Origin: the human T2T-CHM13v2.0 reference genome, Homo sapiens
DNA: 64,000 nt
Assembly: GCF_009914755.1 (NCBI RefSeq)
Contig: NC_060926.1
Reading direction: 5' to 3' (one strand)
Part shown: positions 29,647 through 42,809 of the stretch, one piece after another
Layout of the letters: each line of letters starts with the position of its first letter
Numbering within the stretch: position 1 is the first letter of the stretch
Position numbers and translations under genes: made by a program
The notes under the pieces: generated by a model
Seen by the model: the letters and a program-made list of their open reading frames with translations, nothing else
The model's database searches: none
Told to the model about the DNA's origin: nothing

Positions 29647-31067
29647 CTGTAATGAGAAAGAAAATAAAGAGGCTCAGGGGATGGAGTTTAATATAATTAG
29701 GGCTAATCTTCCAAGGCGAGTCAGTATTCCATATCAGAATATGTTAGAAGGATCCTTTGTAATCACCAAATTGAAAGCAAGGATCAATTGTATTTCCAAA
29801 AAAATTCACCATCAAGAATAAAATGAATATTTGGGTTTTTGTTTGTTTGTTCTTGGTTAGTTTGGAGATGGGTGAAGGAGCTGGCCCAAAGAATTTTCCC
29901 ATAGAATTCTCTTCCTCCCTTAAAGTCTAAGCCTAGATTAAAAATAAATCATAAGTCTCCTTTTAAAATTAAAACTATAACTCTAGTATTTAGATATAAA
30001 GTGGAAATAAAAATATCTGCCTTCTAAATAAGTTTTTTTTTAACCTCCTGGAATAGCCCCTCTGAATTTGTGTTGCCTTTAAAATGGTCACCTCACGAGT
30101 ACTTGATTGACTAGTGTGACACAATGTAACACCCGTGCTCCCCACAAACTAGATTATATGGCTGATGTTATATTTTAATCTGTCTCTTATGAAGCCCTGA
30201 ACGTTGCTGAACACATATTAAAACTCGACTTGCTAAAGATTCCAAATGACTTCAGCTTTTTCCTTTTGAGGTTTTATGGAGAAATTTCATCATTTTCAGA
30301 GCAGCCCAAGGGCTTCTCATTCTTGTCCTCACTAAATTGCTGCCAAGCCAGCCTTCTGGTTTCCATTCCAGAGTCCCTGATTACCACATGTGTTTAGAAG
30401 AGCTTCAGAGTTTAGGACTATCCTAGACAAATTAATCTCTTCCCCAAAGGGACATAGTTCCAGAATAGCGTAGAACTTCCCATTTGGTACTAAGAAGACC
30501 TTGGGTGCTATGAATTGCTGCTTATGATCCACCCAGTATTGAAACTGACATAAAAAGTTAAGTGTTGACTTATAATCCTCGTGCAGTGGACTCTCCTCAC
30601 ATGGTGCTAAGGATCATTCATTTTTCCATGGCCAGTTCAAACTAGCTGTAAATGAGGACTGATTCCCCCTGCCTGAGTTAACTCACTACGGTGGCAAGCT
30701 TCCCCATTCAACTCTAGTTGCAGAGAAGAAGTTTTAAAACACAGAACATTAATTTAACGACTCAATTCCCAGACACCCTTACCACACCCCTCCTTAGCCT
30801 CAGGTTTTTAGCATTCAGCGTTGCATTACAATTTCTACACCTGCAGTTGCCCCCACTGACTCTGGCCTTTATTTGATATCATTTACTTAGCGTTAGGTAT
30901 CCTTGAATGCTATATGGAAATGTATTGTATATGATATATAACTGAGTCATTTCTAGATTAGTTGAAAAACATGGCATCCTTTTCTAGTCCATGCTGTAAA
31001 TGAAAATCCAATTTTCCTGATAAAGAGGACAATACTGATGGTAAATGACCAAGCCTTGGCTAATCAC

Positions 31068-31283
31068 CTCAGATAAATCTCCGTTTCTGGCATGAATCTT
31101 GGCCATACTTTCCAGCCAGGTCCTGCGTAGTTCAGGAGTGCTTGCGTAGGAGTTTGCCAGGCTGTACTGGAGATCCACCAGCATCTCGGGGTCCTTCTCG
31201 TGCTCCTTCATCTGAGCTGTGGCCATCAAAACAGTCCTTATACGCTTAGTCAGGTCCTTCACCTCTGCTGGGAAATTGCTGTT
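31068..31283 (-). CDS. DOCK10: DOCK10 coding exon (~45), entry into DHR2 lobe A
   Basis: ccaaag|AAC...GAG|gtgat; 216 nt; [72 protein letters not shown]. Confidence 0.97.
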
Positions 31284-31499
31284 CTTTGGAAAAGAGAGAG
31301 CCTGGGTCATTATCTGTTTAGAATCTATAGGTTAACTGACTTTAAGTTATGCTATTAATTATGGCTACGCATCACAGTTTGGAGCATTCTATATATAGTT
31401 ATAAATGAGTGCATTCTATATATGTGCATTCTATGTTTTGTGACTGTGGATACACACATTTGAAGATAAACATTTCAGGAGCCTCTATTCTTTTGTCTT

Positions 31500-31960
31500 C
31501 AAGAACACCTTCTTCTGGTGAAACGTCCTGATTGTCTTTGAGATATATTCCCCTTCCTGACTCTAGCTCATGTGATTTGAACAGGTCTGACTTTACTCCT
31601 AGAGACCATGGATGGCATATAACACTGGCCTGGCCAATTCTATTTTTTGATCCTCCAAGCTACAGTGATTGGTTTAGGGATAAGCATATTATTTAAGCTT
31701 GGATCAAAGAGATTCAGTTGTGGGACTTTAATTGGAACTATCAAACAAGGTGATTTTCTACTCATAAGATACTACCAAGGTCCTCAGAATTTCTGAGAAC
31801 ATGCCCAGGGGGATAGCCTGTCTGGAAATGAAGTAAACAAAGAGGAAAGCTGAGCTGACAGACAGTGAGAGAGGCAAGATCGAGGCAGTAGAGGGATGGG
31901 TCTGAAAATTATTTTAATCCCTGGGTCCAGCCATGACTGAAGCCTGGCTCTAGACTTGGA
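31500..31960. mobile_element. Degenerate MLT1-like MaLR LTR
   Basis: ggcctggccaat...agtgattggtttagggataagcat...tccctgggtccagccatgactgaagc motifs of old MLT1 elements. Confidence 0.45.
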
Positions 31961-32235
31961 CTTTTCAGTATAATGACTACAGGAGAAGTCTTCAGAAAGT
32001 GCTAAACAAAAGATAAGATGAATTTTCCCCCAAATAGAGTTAGGAGTGTCATTGTATTTCTGGATATTTATGGTAAATCCTCTTGTTCTAGGCCATTCAA
32101 CCACACATATTGGGAATGCCTCTTAACAGATCACATGCTTAAAGTGTAAGAGCTGCTTAACGATTCAAACAATAAACTTGATAGTTTACTTTGAGGAGTG
32201 CTCAAAGCTCAAAGTCTCATAAACAAAATAAACAA

Positions 32236-32413
32236 TTATTATTATTATTATTATTATTATTTTAGAGACAAGGTCTTGCTCTGTTACCCATGCTGGAGTG
32301 CAATGGTGCCATCATAGCTCACTGCAGCCTCAACTCAAACTCCTGGCCTCAAGCGATCCTCCTGCCTTGGCTTCTCAAAGTGTTGGGAATACAGGCGTGA
32401 ACCACTGTACCCA
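32236..32413 (-). mobile_element. Alu monomer (FLAM/AluJ-like) with (ATT)n tail
   Basis: Short reverse Alu-like element; (ATT)~8 at 32236-32261. Confidence 0.85.
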
Positions 32414-32503
32414 ATCTATTTTTATGATTTTGATATCTCACAAAAAGAATCCACTTCAGATTTAAAAAAATTCTGCAGTAAAAGCCCACAAAGCATTTCT
32501 TAC

Positions 32504-32614
32504 TTTCATTTGCTTATCTCCATTGGCGAAATTATTGGTAATTGCAAGCGAATGTTGAAACCGAGAGCCTCCAATCCCAGCATCGGCTATTAACTGGCTC
32601 ACAGCTTTGATGAG
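32504..32614 (-). CDS. DOCK10: DOCK10 coding exon (~44)
   Basis: ttctag|CTC...AAA|gtaag; 111 nt; [37 protein letters not shown]. Confidence 0.95.
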
Positions 32615-33151
32615 CTAGAAAAGAAAAAAAATGAACTCTCAAAAACAAGACCAGAAATAGTCTTCTTAAAGAAATCCACTGGGCTGGGTAAATGTATTAT
32701 TAGTTTCTCCCTGTAGGTCCAATAAAAGAAGTGTTTATGTATTAAAGCTCCAGAACGTATTATTAAATCTAGGGTGTTTCCTATAATCTTAAATACCTAA
32801 GAGAGGCTGCAGGAATCTTGGAATCTTGGGATGCCTAGAAGAAAAAAAATTACGTTTGGAATTTGGCGGGGTTTGACCTGTTGGAGCTAGCCATGGTTTC
32901 CTGAGTTGTTTACTCCATATGATTCTATTTCCTGGCAGAAGAAAGGAAAGTACAAGTGGAGATAGGGCTCTGCTGATTTCTGCCCAGCTGTGCCCCTACT
33001 ATTAAACAGAACTGAATGCTGTGGGCGTCTTTAAGGAGGACGCTAGTGGAGGAGTTAGTGACGGCTTGCCCTGAGGACAGTAGGCTTTAAGCACTGCTGA
33101 AACAGATCAGTGGTTTTAACAACAGCATTAATGAAAATTGGCAGCACTTAC

Positions 33152-33334
33152 TTGTAAGTGGGACCGGACAATTGACTTCTGCTTGTTAAATTCAAAATTC
33201 TTCCTCATGAAAAAGTACAGAAGGGCTGAGGCTTCTGTCTGAGTTGACCGTGACCTGTGGTTACAGCATTTTAGGACTTCGTAACAGAATGATCCACAGA
33301 GGTCAGCAGGCCCTTGAAAGAACGCTGAAGGAAA
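33152..33334 (-). CDS. DOCK10: DOCK10 coding exon (~43)
   Basis: ctgcag|TTT...CAA|gtaagt; 183 nt; FPSAFFQGPADLCGSFCYEVLKCC...KSIVRSHLQ. Confidence 0.96.
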
Positions 33335-34018
33335 CTGCAGAAATGGAAGAACGGGTGAAGGGAGCAACATGCCTTCATTTTGCTCTGTTCATTCTCATAT
33401 TTTAAAATTCCCTAAAACAAAATCCCTCTCCTTTTTTTTTTTAACTTGGTCTATTTTTTTTTTTCATTTGCAAGTGAGGAGGATAGAATTTGTTAAGGCC
33501 TATGTTAGCATTTGTCTTTTTTCCTAGATAGAATTATTCTCTACATTGTATAAGTATCCTTTGTATCAGTAACTGATGACAATCCAAAATAACAGTGAGA
33601 GCTTTGAAATGACCTCAATTCACCTGACATTGTTAAGATCACAGGTGTTATTTACAAGCGTCCTCAAAGGCGGTGGCTGTATCCACTTTAATGTGGAATC
33701 TTTAACTTGATATGCACCCCTTTAAGTTCAAGGGGTGCATTTTACCTAACTTGGTGCCGCAAACACAGATAACTCAAAGAATTGGTGACCAGATGCTAAT
33801 TGTCACCAGATGCTAATATCTTCTGGTATTTGAGCAGACAGATTGTCAAGGCTGTGCACTCATTTTGAGACCAGGAATCAATGTCTAATAAAACCCAAAT
33901 TGAAGAAAACAATCCTTCTTCCCTCCCTACTGAGAAACGCAAGGATTCCTATAGGTTTACTATTCTATGGGTTTACTGTCATCCTACCTAAACTTCATTG
34001 AAACCTGGAGATCCTTAC

Positions 34019-34156
34019 CTTGCATACAAACAGTCTCAAGGAGGCAAACACATGCTTCAGCGCTGTGGCTGACTGATTGACTTGGAAAAAGAGCATGTAG
34101 GTATCAAAGACCCTTTTCATCAATGAATTTTGACAGTCACATTGTTGGAGTTGTCT
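34019..34156 (-). CDS. DOCK10: DOCK10 coding exon (~42)
   Basis: ccag|AGA...AAG|gtaag; 138 nt; RQLQQCDCQNSLMKRVFDTYMLFFQVNQSATALKHVFASLRLFVCK. Confidence 0.95.
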
Positions 34157-34821
34157 CTGGAAATTCAATGCAGATGTTATTCAGGATAAGTGAAAGAAAA
34201 TTTTCATTCTATCAAAAAATATTTATTGTGAACCTGTCATGTGGTAAGGCACTATTTTGAGTGCTAGAAATAAAGGATTGAACAAGGAGACACAGTTCAT
34301 GTTTACTGTGAAACTTACATAGCAGTGATTGAAAAAAACATGACAAATGGAAATAGACTAGGATGATGTGATTGAAAGTAGTTGCTTTGGGGGTAGGATT
34401 ACTTCCATAGGGTAGTCAGCAAAGACCTCTCTAATGGAAAATTGGCATGTGAGCTCAAAGGGGCCTGCCCTGGAGAGATCTGGGAGGACTGTCCTGTGGG
34501 GGAGAAACAGCTAGTAAAAGGGCCTTGATTTGGAAAGGAGCTTATGAGTTCAAGGTTGAGAAAGAAAAGTAGCTGATGCAATGGCGAGTTGGGTGGGGCC
34601 GGGGAGAAATGGGAGAGAGGTCACAGGTTCTTGAAGGCACTAGTAAAATCCTTAAAATTTGTGAGATTTGAGTGACATTTTCATGGCCCAATAAGAATCA
34701 ATATAGTCATTACTTTCTCTACCACCATGCTGACATTTCATCTGAAATAGGGCTTTCTTGGCATAATTATGCTGTTCTGTGTAGACTTTATTCAAAGAAT
34801 CCAAGTTTTCCTGGCTCAATC

Positions 34822-35146
<325 letters not shown>

Positions 35147-35184
35147 TAGGTGTTTAAGCTCATTTGGTAGAGCTGCAAATGTTT

Positions 35185-35915
35185 TTAATAGTTTTATTGA
35201 AGTATAATTGACATACAATAAATTGAACTGTGATATGTATAATTTAATAAGTTTAACACTGTCATACACCCATGAAACCATCACCACAATCAAGATAATG
35301 AACGTATCTATCACTCTCAAAAGTTTTTAAATACTTTTTTTTGTAATTCCTTCCTCCCATCCTTCCTCCACATCCCTAGGCAACCACTGATCTGCTTTTT
35401 GTTCCTATAGTTTGCATTTTCTAAAATTTCATATAAATGGAATAATATACACTGAGTAATACGGTATATACTCTTTTTAAATTTGGTTTCTTGGGTTTCA
35501 CCCATGTTACAGCATGTATCAGTAGTTTATTTCTTTTAACTGCTGAGTAGTAGTCTATTGTATGGATATACCACAGATTTTTAAATCTATTCACCTGTTG
35601 ATGTATACTTGAGTTGTTTGTAGTTTCTTTTTTTGCTATTAAAATAAAGCTGTCATGCATATTTGTGTATAAAGTTTTATGTGGAGATATGTTTTCACTT
35701 CTCCTGGGCAAATACCTATTACAGTATTGGAATGGCTGGTCACAGGACAGATGTATGATTAACTTTTTCAGAGACTGCCATACTGTTCTCCAACATGTTT
35801 TTACCATTTCGCATTCCCACTGTCAATAAATAGGAGTTCTAGTTTCTCCACACCCTTGCCAAAACTTTGGATGGTCAGTCTTTTTAACTTTAGCCATTCT
35901 AAGTAGTGATAATCA
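35185..35915 (-). mobile_element. Old L1M (L1MB/MC-type) fragment
   Basis: ORF 35421-35807 resembles a degenerate ORF2 C-terminus (WRTVWQSLKKL, LWYIHTIDYYSAVKRN); L1M 3'-end sequence. Confidence 0.8.
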
Positions 35916-36338
35916 TTTCATCAAAGATATCTGAATGTCAAATAAGCACACAAAAAGATGCTCAACATTATTAGTTTTCTTTAGATCTAGTTGTAAATTT
36001 AATATATAGGCCCATTTATCTCTTCCTCTTCTACTGAAAAAGTACAGAGTCACACTATCACTCAGCCCAGCTTGCCTGAGAGTGAAGCAAGATAAATGAG
36101 GAAGAAAGACTATTTGACAATAGTGAAATGCACACGTGTACATATCAAACAAACATTAGTCAACCTGTGATAAAATCAAAATCTCATCTTTAACATGTTT
36201 TCCACTCACACTTAGGTTGATTTATATAAGGTTAATTGATTTCATAAATAATTAAAAAAAACCATGTTTTTGACTTCACATGGTTTTTCTACCTCATATT
36301 TCATCATTTTTTGCAGAAAATGTTATCATCATATTCAC

Positions 36339-36451
36339 CTGATGAGTCTGTGTGAAGAGGGATAACAGGTCCAGAATAGTGAGGCAAACCTCCGTAGCTA
36401 TATTGGCCTCAGTGTCTACATGATGCACGATGTCTATTTCATTGGAGTTGC
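36339..36451 (-). CDS. DOCK10: DOCK10 coding exon (~41)
   Basis: tatag|GC AAC...CAG|gtgaa; 113 nt; (S)NSNEIDIVHHVDTEANIATEVCLTILDLLSLFTQTHQ. Confidence 0.95.
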
Positions 36452-36897
36452 CTATAAAATACAAAATAAAACATGCGTAAAAGTCTAAGACAATGCTTTG
36501 TACCCTATAAAGGATTTCCTTTCATTACAATATATTCAAAGTTTACTGGCATTTTGATTAATAATTTATTAAATCAAAGTGTTTTTGTTTGTTCAGTTTC
36601 TTCATTGACTGAATTAAAAGTACTAGAGTCTTTAGTGTGTGTGCCCTTTCCATATATCAGTTGTGGGGTTTCCATTGTTTCTGAGTTCTTTTCCGTTAAT
36701 TTGGCCAAAGACAGGGTCATATTTCTTTCATAATCAGGCTGTCTCAAGTTCTAAACTTCTGGGCTAATAGACCAAATGTACAGTCTCAGTGGACAGTCTT
36801 TATGTCCCCTCGGAAAGTCACAAAGTGTCTTTATCGGTTAAGGCATATACTTTCAAACAAGTAACTGTGGGCCATGTGCCCATAATTGCTAACAATC

Positions 36898-37678
36898 TGT
36901 CAATGAAAAGAGTCAAATTCTGTAAAATATTTGAAGAGATTTATTGTGAGCCAAATATGAGTGACAATGGCCTGTGACACAGCCCTCAGGAAACCCTGAG
37001 AACATGTGCCCAAGGTGTTTGGGCTACAGCTAGGTTTTATATGCTTTAGGGGCACATAAGACATCAATCAATACGTGTAAGATGTACGTTGGTTTGGTCT
37101 GGAAAGGCAGGACAACTGAAAGTGGGGGAGAGGGGCACTTCCAGGTTATAGGTGTATTCAAAGATTTTCTGATTGGCGATTGGTAGAAAGAGTTTATCTA
37201 GAGACCTGGAATCAATAGAAAGGAAATGTCTGGGTTAAGAAAGGCAATTGTGGAGACCAACATTCTTATTATGTAGATGAAGCCTCCAGATGGCAGACTT
37301 CAGAGAGAAGAGATTGTAAATGTTTCTTATCAGACTGAAAAAGGTGCCAGACTCTCAGTTGATTCTCTCCTGGATCAAGAAAAGGTCCTGAAGAGGGAAA
37401 GGGGATTCTTTACAGAATGCAAAATTTTCCCCACAAGAGACAACTCTGCAGGGCTGTTTCAAGACATGGCAAAAAAAAAAAAAAAAAAAAACATATTTGG
37501 GGATAAAATATTTTGATTTCTTTCCTTATCTGTCATGTGATGTTATGCCAGAGTCAGGTTGGAAAGTAAGCCATGTTATATAGGGTTAACTAAAACCCCT
37601 CTGATGAGACTGGTGTGACTTTCCAGGCCCCTGAAGAATTTGGGCAAGAGAAGAGAAAAGGTCAGAGTTTAGTCCTCA
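36898..37678 (-). mobile_element. ERV1 solo LTR, MER4 group
   Basis: Termini TGAGGACTAAACTCTGACC...TTTGACTCTTTTCATTGACA (minus), typical of MER4-family LTRs. Confidence 0.8.
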
Positions 37679-38103
37679 AGTTACATGCTTACAAAACGCT
37701 GGCCTCCATTTTACCCTCATTCACAAGCTGGAGTGTGTGCATCTCTAAGTTCAAGAGGTCACCCTTGCTGCTTCTGGGACATGGGCAACTTTATCCCCTC
37801 CCCACAGAGGAAGCAGTAATCATCTGTTTGACAGCAGCCCCCATAACCTGCACAATGCTGAAAGTAACTTGTTTCCAAGGGAGCTATGCTAAACATATGA
37901 TATTGAGGGTTTTGCCTCTCCCCTTTCTTCACCATAGGGCACTACATTTTTTTTTAACCACTCCCTGGTGAGTCTTTCCCTTAAGAAATATTCCCAGAGG
38001 TACAGCAAACCTTAAAAACTGTGGTTTTAGTGCATTTCATGTCCTACACATACCTAGAGAAAAACTGGTAACCATCTTGTTCCTATTATTTCAGTTTACT
38101 TAC

Positions 38104-38228
38104 TGGTCATGGTATTGTCTAACATCTGTAAGAGTTTGGGGTTAGAAAGTGCATTTTTGCCTCGAATTATAGGTAAAGTTTGTGATCTGTGCTGCTTATG
38201 GCCTTCATGACTGGAAGTGGAGTGCATC
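38104..38228 (-). CDS. DOCK10: DOCK10 coding exon (~40)
   Basis: ttcag|G ATG...ACC A|gtaagt; 125 nt; MHSTSSHEGHKQHRSQTLPIIRGKNALSNPKLLQMLDNTMT. Confidence 0.94.
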
Positions 38229-40185
38229 CTGAAAACAAAAAAAGAAAAGTGGTTAGAGTTATTTGGGGATGTTATAGCCAAATAACACTTGTTCATTCTC
38301 AAATGTTCTAGATTGAGTCAAATATTAAAAACTAGTTTGGAAAGCAACTTTTTATTACAAATATTAATTATAGGTGACATGATGAGAGAGACTTTTTAAA
38401 GTACTTTTGGAGAAATTTTATTTAAGCCAAAATAGTGTTCACAAGGGTAATCTGTAGAATAACAGGTCATTGAGTGAAATCTATTCAAGCATATCATTAT
38501 TATTTATGAAATAATGGGATTCTGTGAATGTTAAGTTGGCTACTGGCTGATCAGGAAGGCACAGTGGTGGACATTAAAAAGTACAATATTGTACAGCTCA
38601 GATGCATCAAATTATTTTTGAAGAGATAAGTGTAAAATCAGGTTCTAAAACAACTCTTGCTTTCCGAGGTATTTGTATCTGGAAATTCCTGTTGATTTGT
38701 CATTTCACTGATGTCATGTCCACAGGGGGCTGACATGTGATGGTTGTGGGAGGTAGGTAGTTAAAGGACCTCTGTGCCTCTGTGCTTCCAGGGCAATGAC
38801 AATGGCCTGCAATGACTCATTCAACACCCCATAGCATTTCCAGCTGGGAAAAATGAGCCAGTGTTACTGTGGAAATAGGAATATTTCCTACTGCTGACTT
38901 TATCATTTGGCCAAGGAAATAGGTTGATAATTCTTGGGATATGTGCTGTCATAAAAACTATTTATAACAACACTTATGGAAAGAAAGCAGCATTTGGAAA
39001 TACCCTGAAGTATCTCCTAATTCCTCCTTTAGGCCTTTACCTAAAAATGAGGCAGTGGTCTTCTCTTTCTCCCACTTTTCAAGGCTGTTTTGGTTCTGGC
39101 TAAATCAGAAAACCTGGATGGGTGGAGGCCAAGGAGATGAGACTTTGGCTTTCAATAGCCAGGGGAGCCTGGGTCATTCCTGAAGCTAGAAGGAGTGCGT
39201 GATTCCTTGGCTCTAGGCTTTAGGCATTTGGATTGGCTTATTTCTAGGTTTTGAGTGTAGTACAGTCTGAACTTGTGGAGGAAAAGCCCTGGTTTCTAGG
39301 AGGCGAGGGACAGAAATGGCCAGGACCCATCCAGATGTCTCAGGAGCAGCCTGAAATCTAACCCACCACACATCTACAAAACTTCAGTGACCTCAGGTGG
39401 CTCACTATTATTATTAAACATGGAAACTAATTCTTTACTGTCCTCTATTATTTTTTGCAAAAAATGTCCATTACATTTTTTTTCATTTACTTTCTCACAA
39501 GGGGGCAATTTCAAAGGGCATGGAGGGAGGCACAATTTATTCTATGATTTATTCGCTATGTACGACTCTTATATTTCTTTCTAAAACCCTTTCTAAAATA
39601 TTCATAATATATATTATGATGATACCTCTGGGAAGAATAAATCAAAGTGGAGATAATTTTAGCAAAGAATTCTCATTTACAAGACCCAGAGGAGCTCCGA
39701 GGTAGAATTTCAGGGCAAATGTTTCCCATTGGTTAGGCCGGTGAAGGATGACTCCAGGTCCTATCTGCTAGTCAAACCAGTCTAATGACTAGGAAATCTA
39801 AAGTGAGGTTATGGGACTATCCATGCTTCCTCATTGCCTTTGACCCTTTAAAAAACAATTTCAGCTTCAAGAACATTGCAAAAAATTATAATTACTGAAA
39901 AGCCTAGGGAGACATGATTCCACATTTCCGTTTGTCACTGGAAGATTAGCTAGCATTAAAAGAGGCATTTATTGGGCCTATGTCTCAGGTTTCATTAAAT
40001 GAAAATACTCATTAATGTTCAGTCTATGCAAGGGATTGTGCTCTAAGTGCACACATATATGGTGTACTCCTTATCTCTTTGGTCTCTACCAGCTAGTAGG
40101 GCAGACAGTAAAGTATCTAAGAAGTTTCTTTAGGTAGACATATAGTTACTTGAAATCTGCACTTGGTTTGAATATATAAATAGAA

Positions 40186-40188
<3 letters not shown>

Positions 40189-40220
<32 letters not shown>
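40189..40220. repeat. (TG)16 microsatellite
   Basis: Read directly; (CA)n on the DOCK10 pre-mRNA. Confidence 0.97.
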
Positions 40221-40222
<2 letters not shown>

Positions 40223-40299
40223 TACCCCTGACATGTGCATATACAGACACACACACACAGCTATATATAATTTTAAATACCAAGCAAATGTGACATTAC

Positions 40300-40401
40300 C
40301 ATTGTGACAAGAGACCTGATGTCTGGCAGGAAGGATTGGATCCTTTGAGAGTTCCATTGTTCTGGGTGGACTGCACAAATTTAAATGCAGCAGCAATTTT
40401 T
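40300..40401 (-). CDS. DOCK10: DOCK10 coding exon (~39), 102 nt symmetric
   Basis: ttgcag|A AAA...CAA TG|gtaat; phase 2-2; (R)KIAAAFKFVQSTQNNGTLKGSNPSCQTSGLLSQ(W). Confidence 0.88.
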
Positions 40402-40981
40402 CTGCAATGAAAATGGAAGTTTTAATCATAGCTCAGTGTTTGTAATTTACATATAAAAATGAATGGCAACTGACAAAACGATTACTGCACAATGAAATAT
40501 TTCACATGCTGTGAATTAATCAAAAATAAAACCCTGTTTTCTTTCGGAAATCAGAAATTGGGATTTAGTGAAGGTGCTTCAAACGTTGTTGTCTCATGAG
40601 AAAATGATGACAGTACGAAGTTATTCCAGATTACTTGTTTTTTTTTTTTTTTAGTTTACTGGAAATGTTTTCTGAAATAGGTATCTTCCAAGTTATATCT
40701 ATATAATGATAAATTCATTCTGAAGATACATGAAATGTGGTTTTCTTTCAAAAATTTGTGTTTTTGTGCTTTTCTCCCTAGACAACATGAACTATTCCTA
40801 GATCTACAATGCGTATGAGGCAATCTTCAAACTTACTGTGTCTAATGTGACGTCAACCTAACAATCCTTATTTGCATTTTAAGATTTCTAATATATATTT
40901 GTAACTCTAACCTGACACATTAATACATGTCATATGCTTTTTAAAAGACCAGATTAACCTATTGGAATTTAAAATTAGTAC

Positions 40982-41029
40982 CTTATTATGTTGCGTTTTC
41001 CTAGGTATCTGAAATTTTGAAGACAAACG
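40982..41029 (-). CDS. DOCK10: DOCK10 coding exon (~38)
   Basis: tctag|C GTT...ATA AG|gtact; 48 nt; (D)VCLQNFRYLGKRNII (DOCK 'F.Y.GK' motif). Confidence 0.93.
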
Positions 41030-41245
41030 CTAGAAAGGAGAAAAAAACCACATTTTAATTATTCATATTCTTTTATTATACAAACTGTTCATCTAAGTAT
41101 ATTGAAAGAAAAATATTAAATTTTCTTTAAATAGTTCATATATTATTGATAACTTACTATATGGGTTCTTGAAATGAAACATGGTATAGTGGACTATTTA
41201 GAAATTTCCAGAAAAAAGTGTTAAGTCATCAACTCTAAAACTTAC

Positions 41246-41312
41246 TCCAAGATGCTGAAGAAGTCGGACACCTCTGGGCTGGGAGCTCTCTGCCAGTAGG
41301 CAATCAGAGTCT
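41246..41312 (-). CDS. DOCK10: DOCK10 coding exon (~37)
   Basis: ttttag|AG ACT...TTG GA|gtaagt; 67 nt; (E)TLIAYWQRAPSPEVSDFFSIL. Confidence 0.93.
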
Positions 41313-41393
41313 CTAAAAGGAAACACCAGGTAGTATGAGAATCTGAAGGTTTTCTTTTTCCTTTTTTCAAAAAAATTAAAGAATTCTCTTTAC

Positions 41394-41508
41394 CGTACGA
41401 AATCGTTTTCATAATGTGAAGAAAACACATCAGGAGACTCCTGGTTTCTGCTTGATCTAACTTGTCAAATCGAAGAGTTGAGCCAATCAAAGACAAGGGT
41501 CTTGGGAT
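41394..41508 (-). CDS. DOCK10: DOCK10 coding exon (~36)
   Basis: cccag|ATC...TAC G|gtaaag; 115 nt; IPRPLSLIGSTLRFDKLDQAETRSLLMCFLHIMKTISY. Confidence 0.94.
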
Positions 41509-41595
41509 CTGGGAATTCAAGAACCAATCAGGATTGAGTGAGAGTGAGTGACCTCTGCCTTGTAATGATCAGTAGGTTTGAGAGGGAAGTCATAC

Positions 41596-41717
41596 CTTTT
41601 CACAGTTGTCCGTCTTCTCACTGCTCTTCTCATTGGTACTTGGATTGGAGTCAAGACTTGCTAAAGATGCTCTGGAGTCAGCATGGTTTACTGTAGAAAT
41701 AGCTATTGATGAAAATG
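41596..41717 (-). CDS. DOCK10: DOCK10 coding exon (~35)
   Basis: tttacag|CA TTT...AAG|gtatg; 122 nt; (A)FSSIAISTVNHADSRASLASLDSNPSTNEKSSEKTDNCEK. Confidence 0.92.
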
Positions 41718-42313
41718 CTGTAAACACAAGCCACAGCACACGTATGGGAATGAGATGTATGGGCACACACACACAAAAGGTTCACATGATGAACCAAAAA
41801 GATGTTGATACTGAGGTAGCAGCAGTGTTGTCAAAGACCAACATAACAGCGTCTGGGATTGGCATTAAAGCCAGCTCTTGTTTTAAAAATGCTTTAGTAA
41901 AAGTTCATAAAGATACTTTTGGGAAGGGGCTTTCAACTTTTGACTGTTTATGAGAAACTGAAATGACATTTCCAAAACAGTTCTTAAAAATAATACTTGA
42001 AGTTGAAAAGCCATTATATCTTAAAAGGCTGTCTGCAATGAAAACTTAAAGACGGTTTCCAGAATAAAGTAATTTGATAACATCCAAGTAGGCTGCTCCT
42101 TAAGCCAAGTAATACTGAACACTAAGTAGAAGAGGAAGTCACTGGATGGAATTCAAAGAAATATGTAAAAAGACTCTTTGGTTGTATAAATGTAGTATAC
42201 TTTGCCACGTAGATTATGCATAATAAATTACGGACTGAGTAAAAAGCACAATGATATACAATGTAAAGGTGGATGAGTGTTAAAAATAAGTGTTCTCAGA
42301 AGATCTCAAGTAC

Positions 42314-42425
42314 CTGCTATGGAATTTAAAACATCTTTAGAAAATGATGTATCCACAGAGTTTGCATGTTTGATAGCTGTCTGGCTTTGAAATCCTCCAT
42401 TGGTGCTTAGATCATCTCTAGACCC
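42314..42425 (-). CDS. DOCK10: DOCK10 coding exon (~34)
   Basis: tacag|GGG...GCA G|gtact; 112 nt; GSRDDLSTNGGFQSQTAIKHANSVDTSFSKDVLNSIA. Confidence 0.9.
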
Positions 42426-42809
42426 CTGTATTCAAAGTATAGTAAAGATTAATGGGAATCATGGCATTTCAACATTGTTAACCCACATATGCCTTCTTCG
42501 TTACACTTCCAATTAAGTGATATTTAATTTGTTCTTTTATATCCCCTTACAGGTTTTCTGCTAAAGTAGGCAGTGAAAACAAATACAGCCAAAACCATAC
42601 TCGTAGTTATAATTTGATTTATGTGACTTTTTTACAATGTTGTAGAAACAATCTTTTAGATACAGATATACAGACTACATGGCTGGATTGGTTATTGATA
42701 TATTCATGGATCACATTATAGATATAATTATTACCATGAGTTATCTTATGTACATTACTATTATTAGCAACTACATTTTATTTTATTTTAATTATTCTAT
42801 TTCATTATC

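Noticed and set aside
33712-33740. 11-bp stem hairpin atgcacccctt/aaggggtgcat
   Set aside because: Too short to be clearly beyond chance or a trivial template switch; no associated feature.
34591-34613. G-quadruplex-like gggtggggccggggagaaatggg
   Set aside because: A common motif in what looks like old repeat-derived sequence; no functional context.
38719-38733. CTCF-like tccacagggggctg
   Set aside because: Several mismatches to the core consensus; not supportable from sequence alone.
41811-41832. tgaggtagcagcagtgttgtca resembling a let-7 5' end
   Set aside because: Only the first ~8 nt match and no complementary hairpin arm was found.
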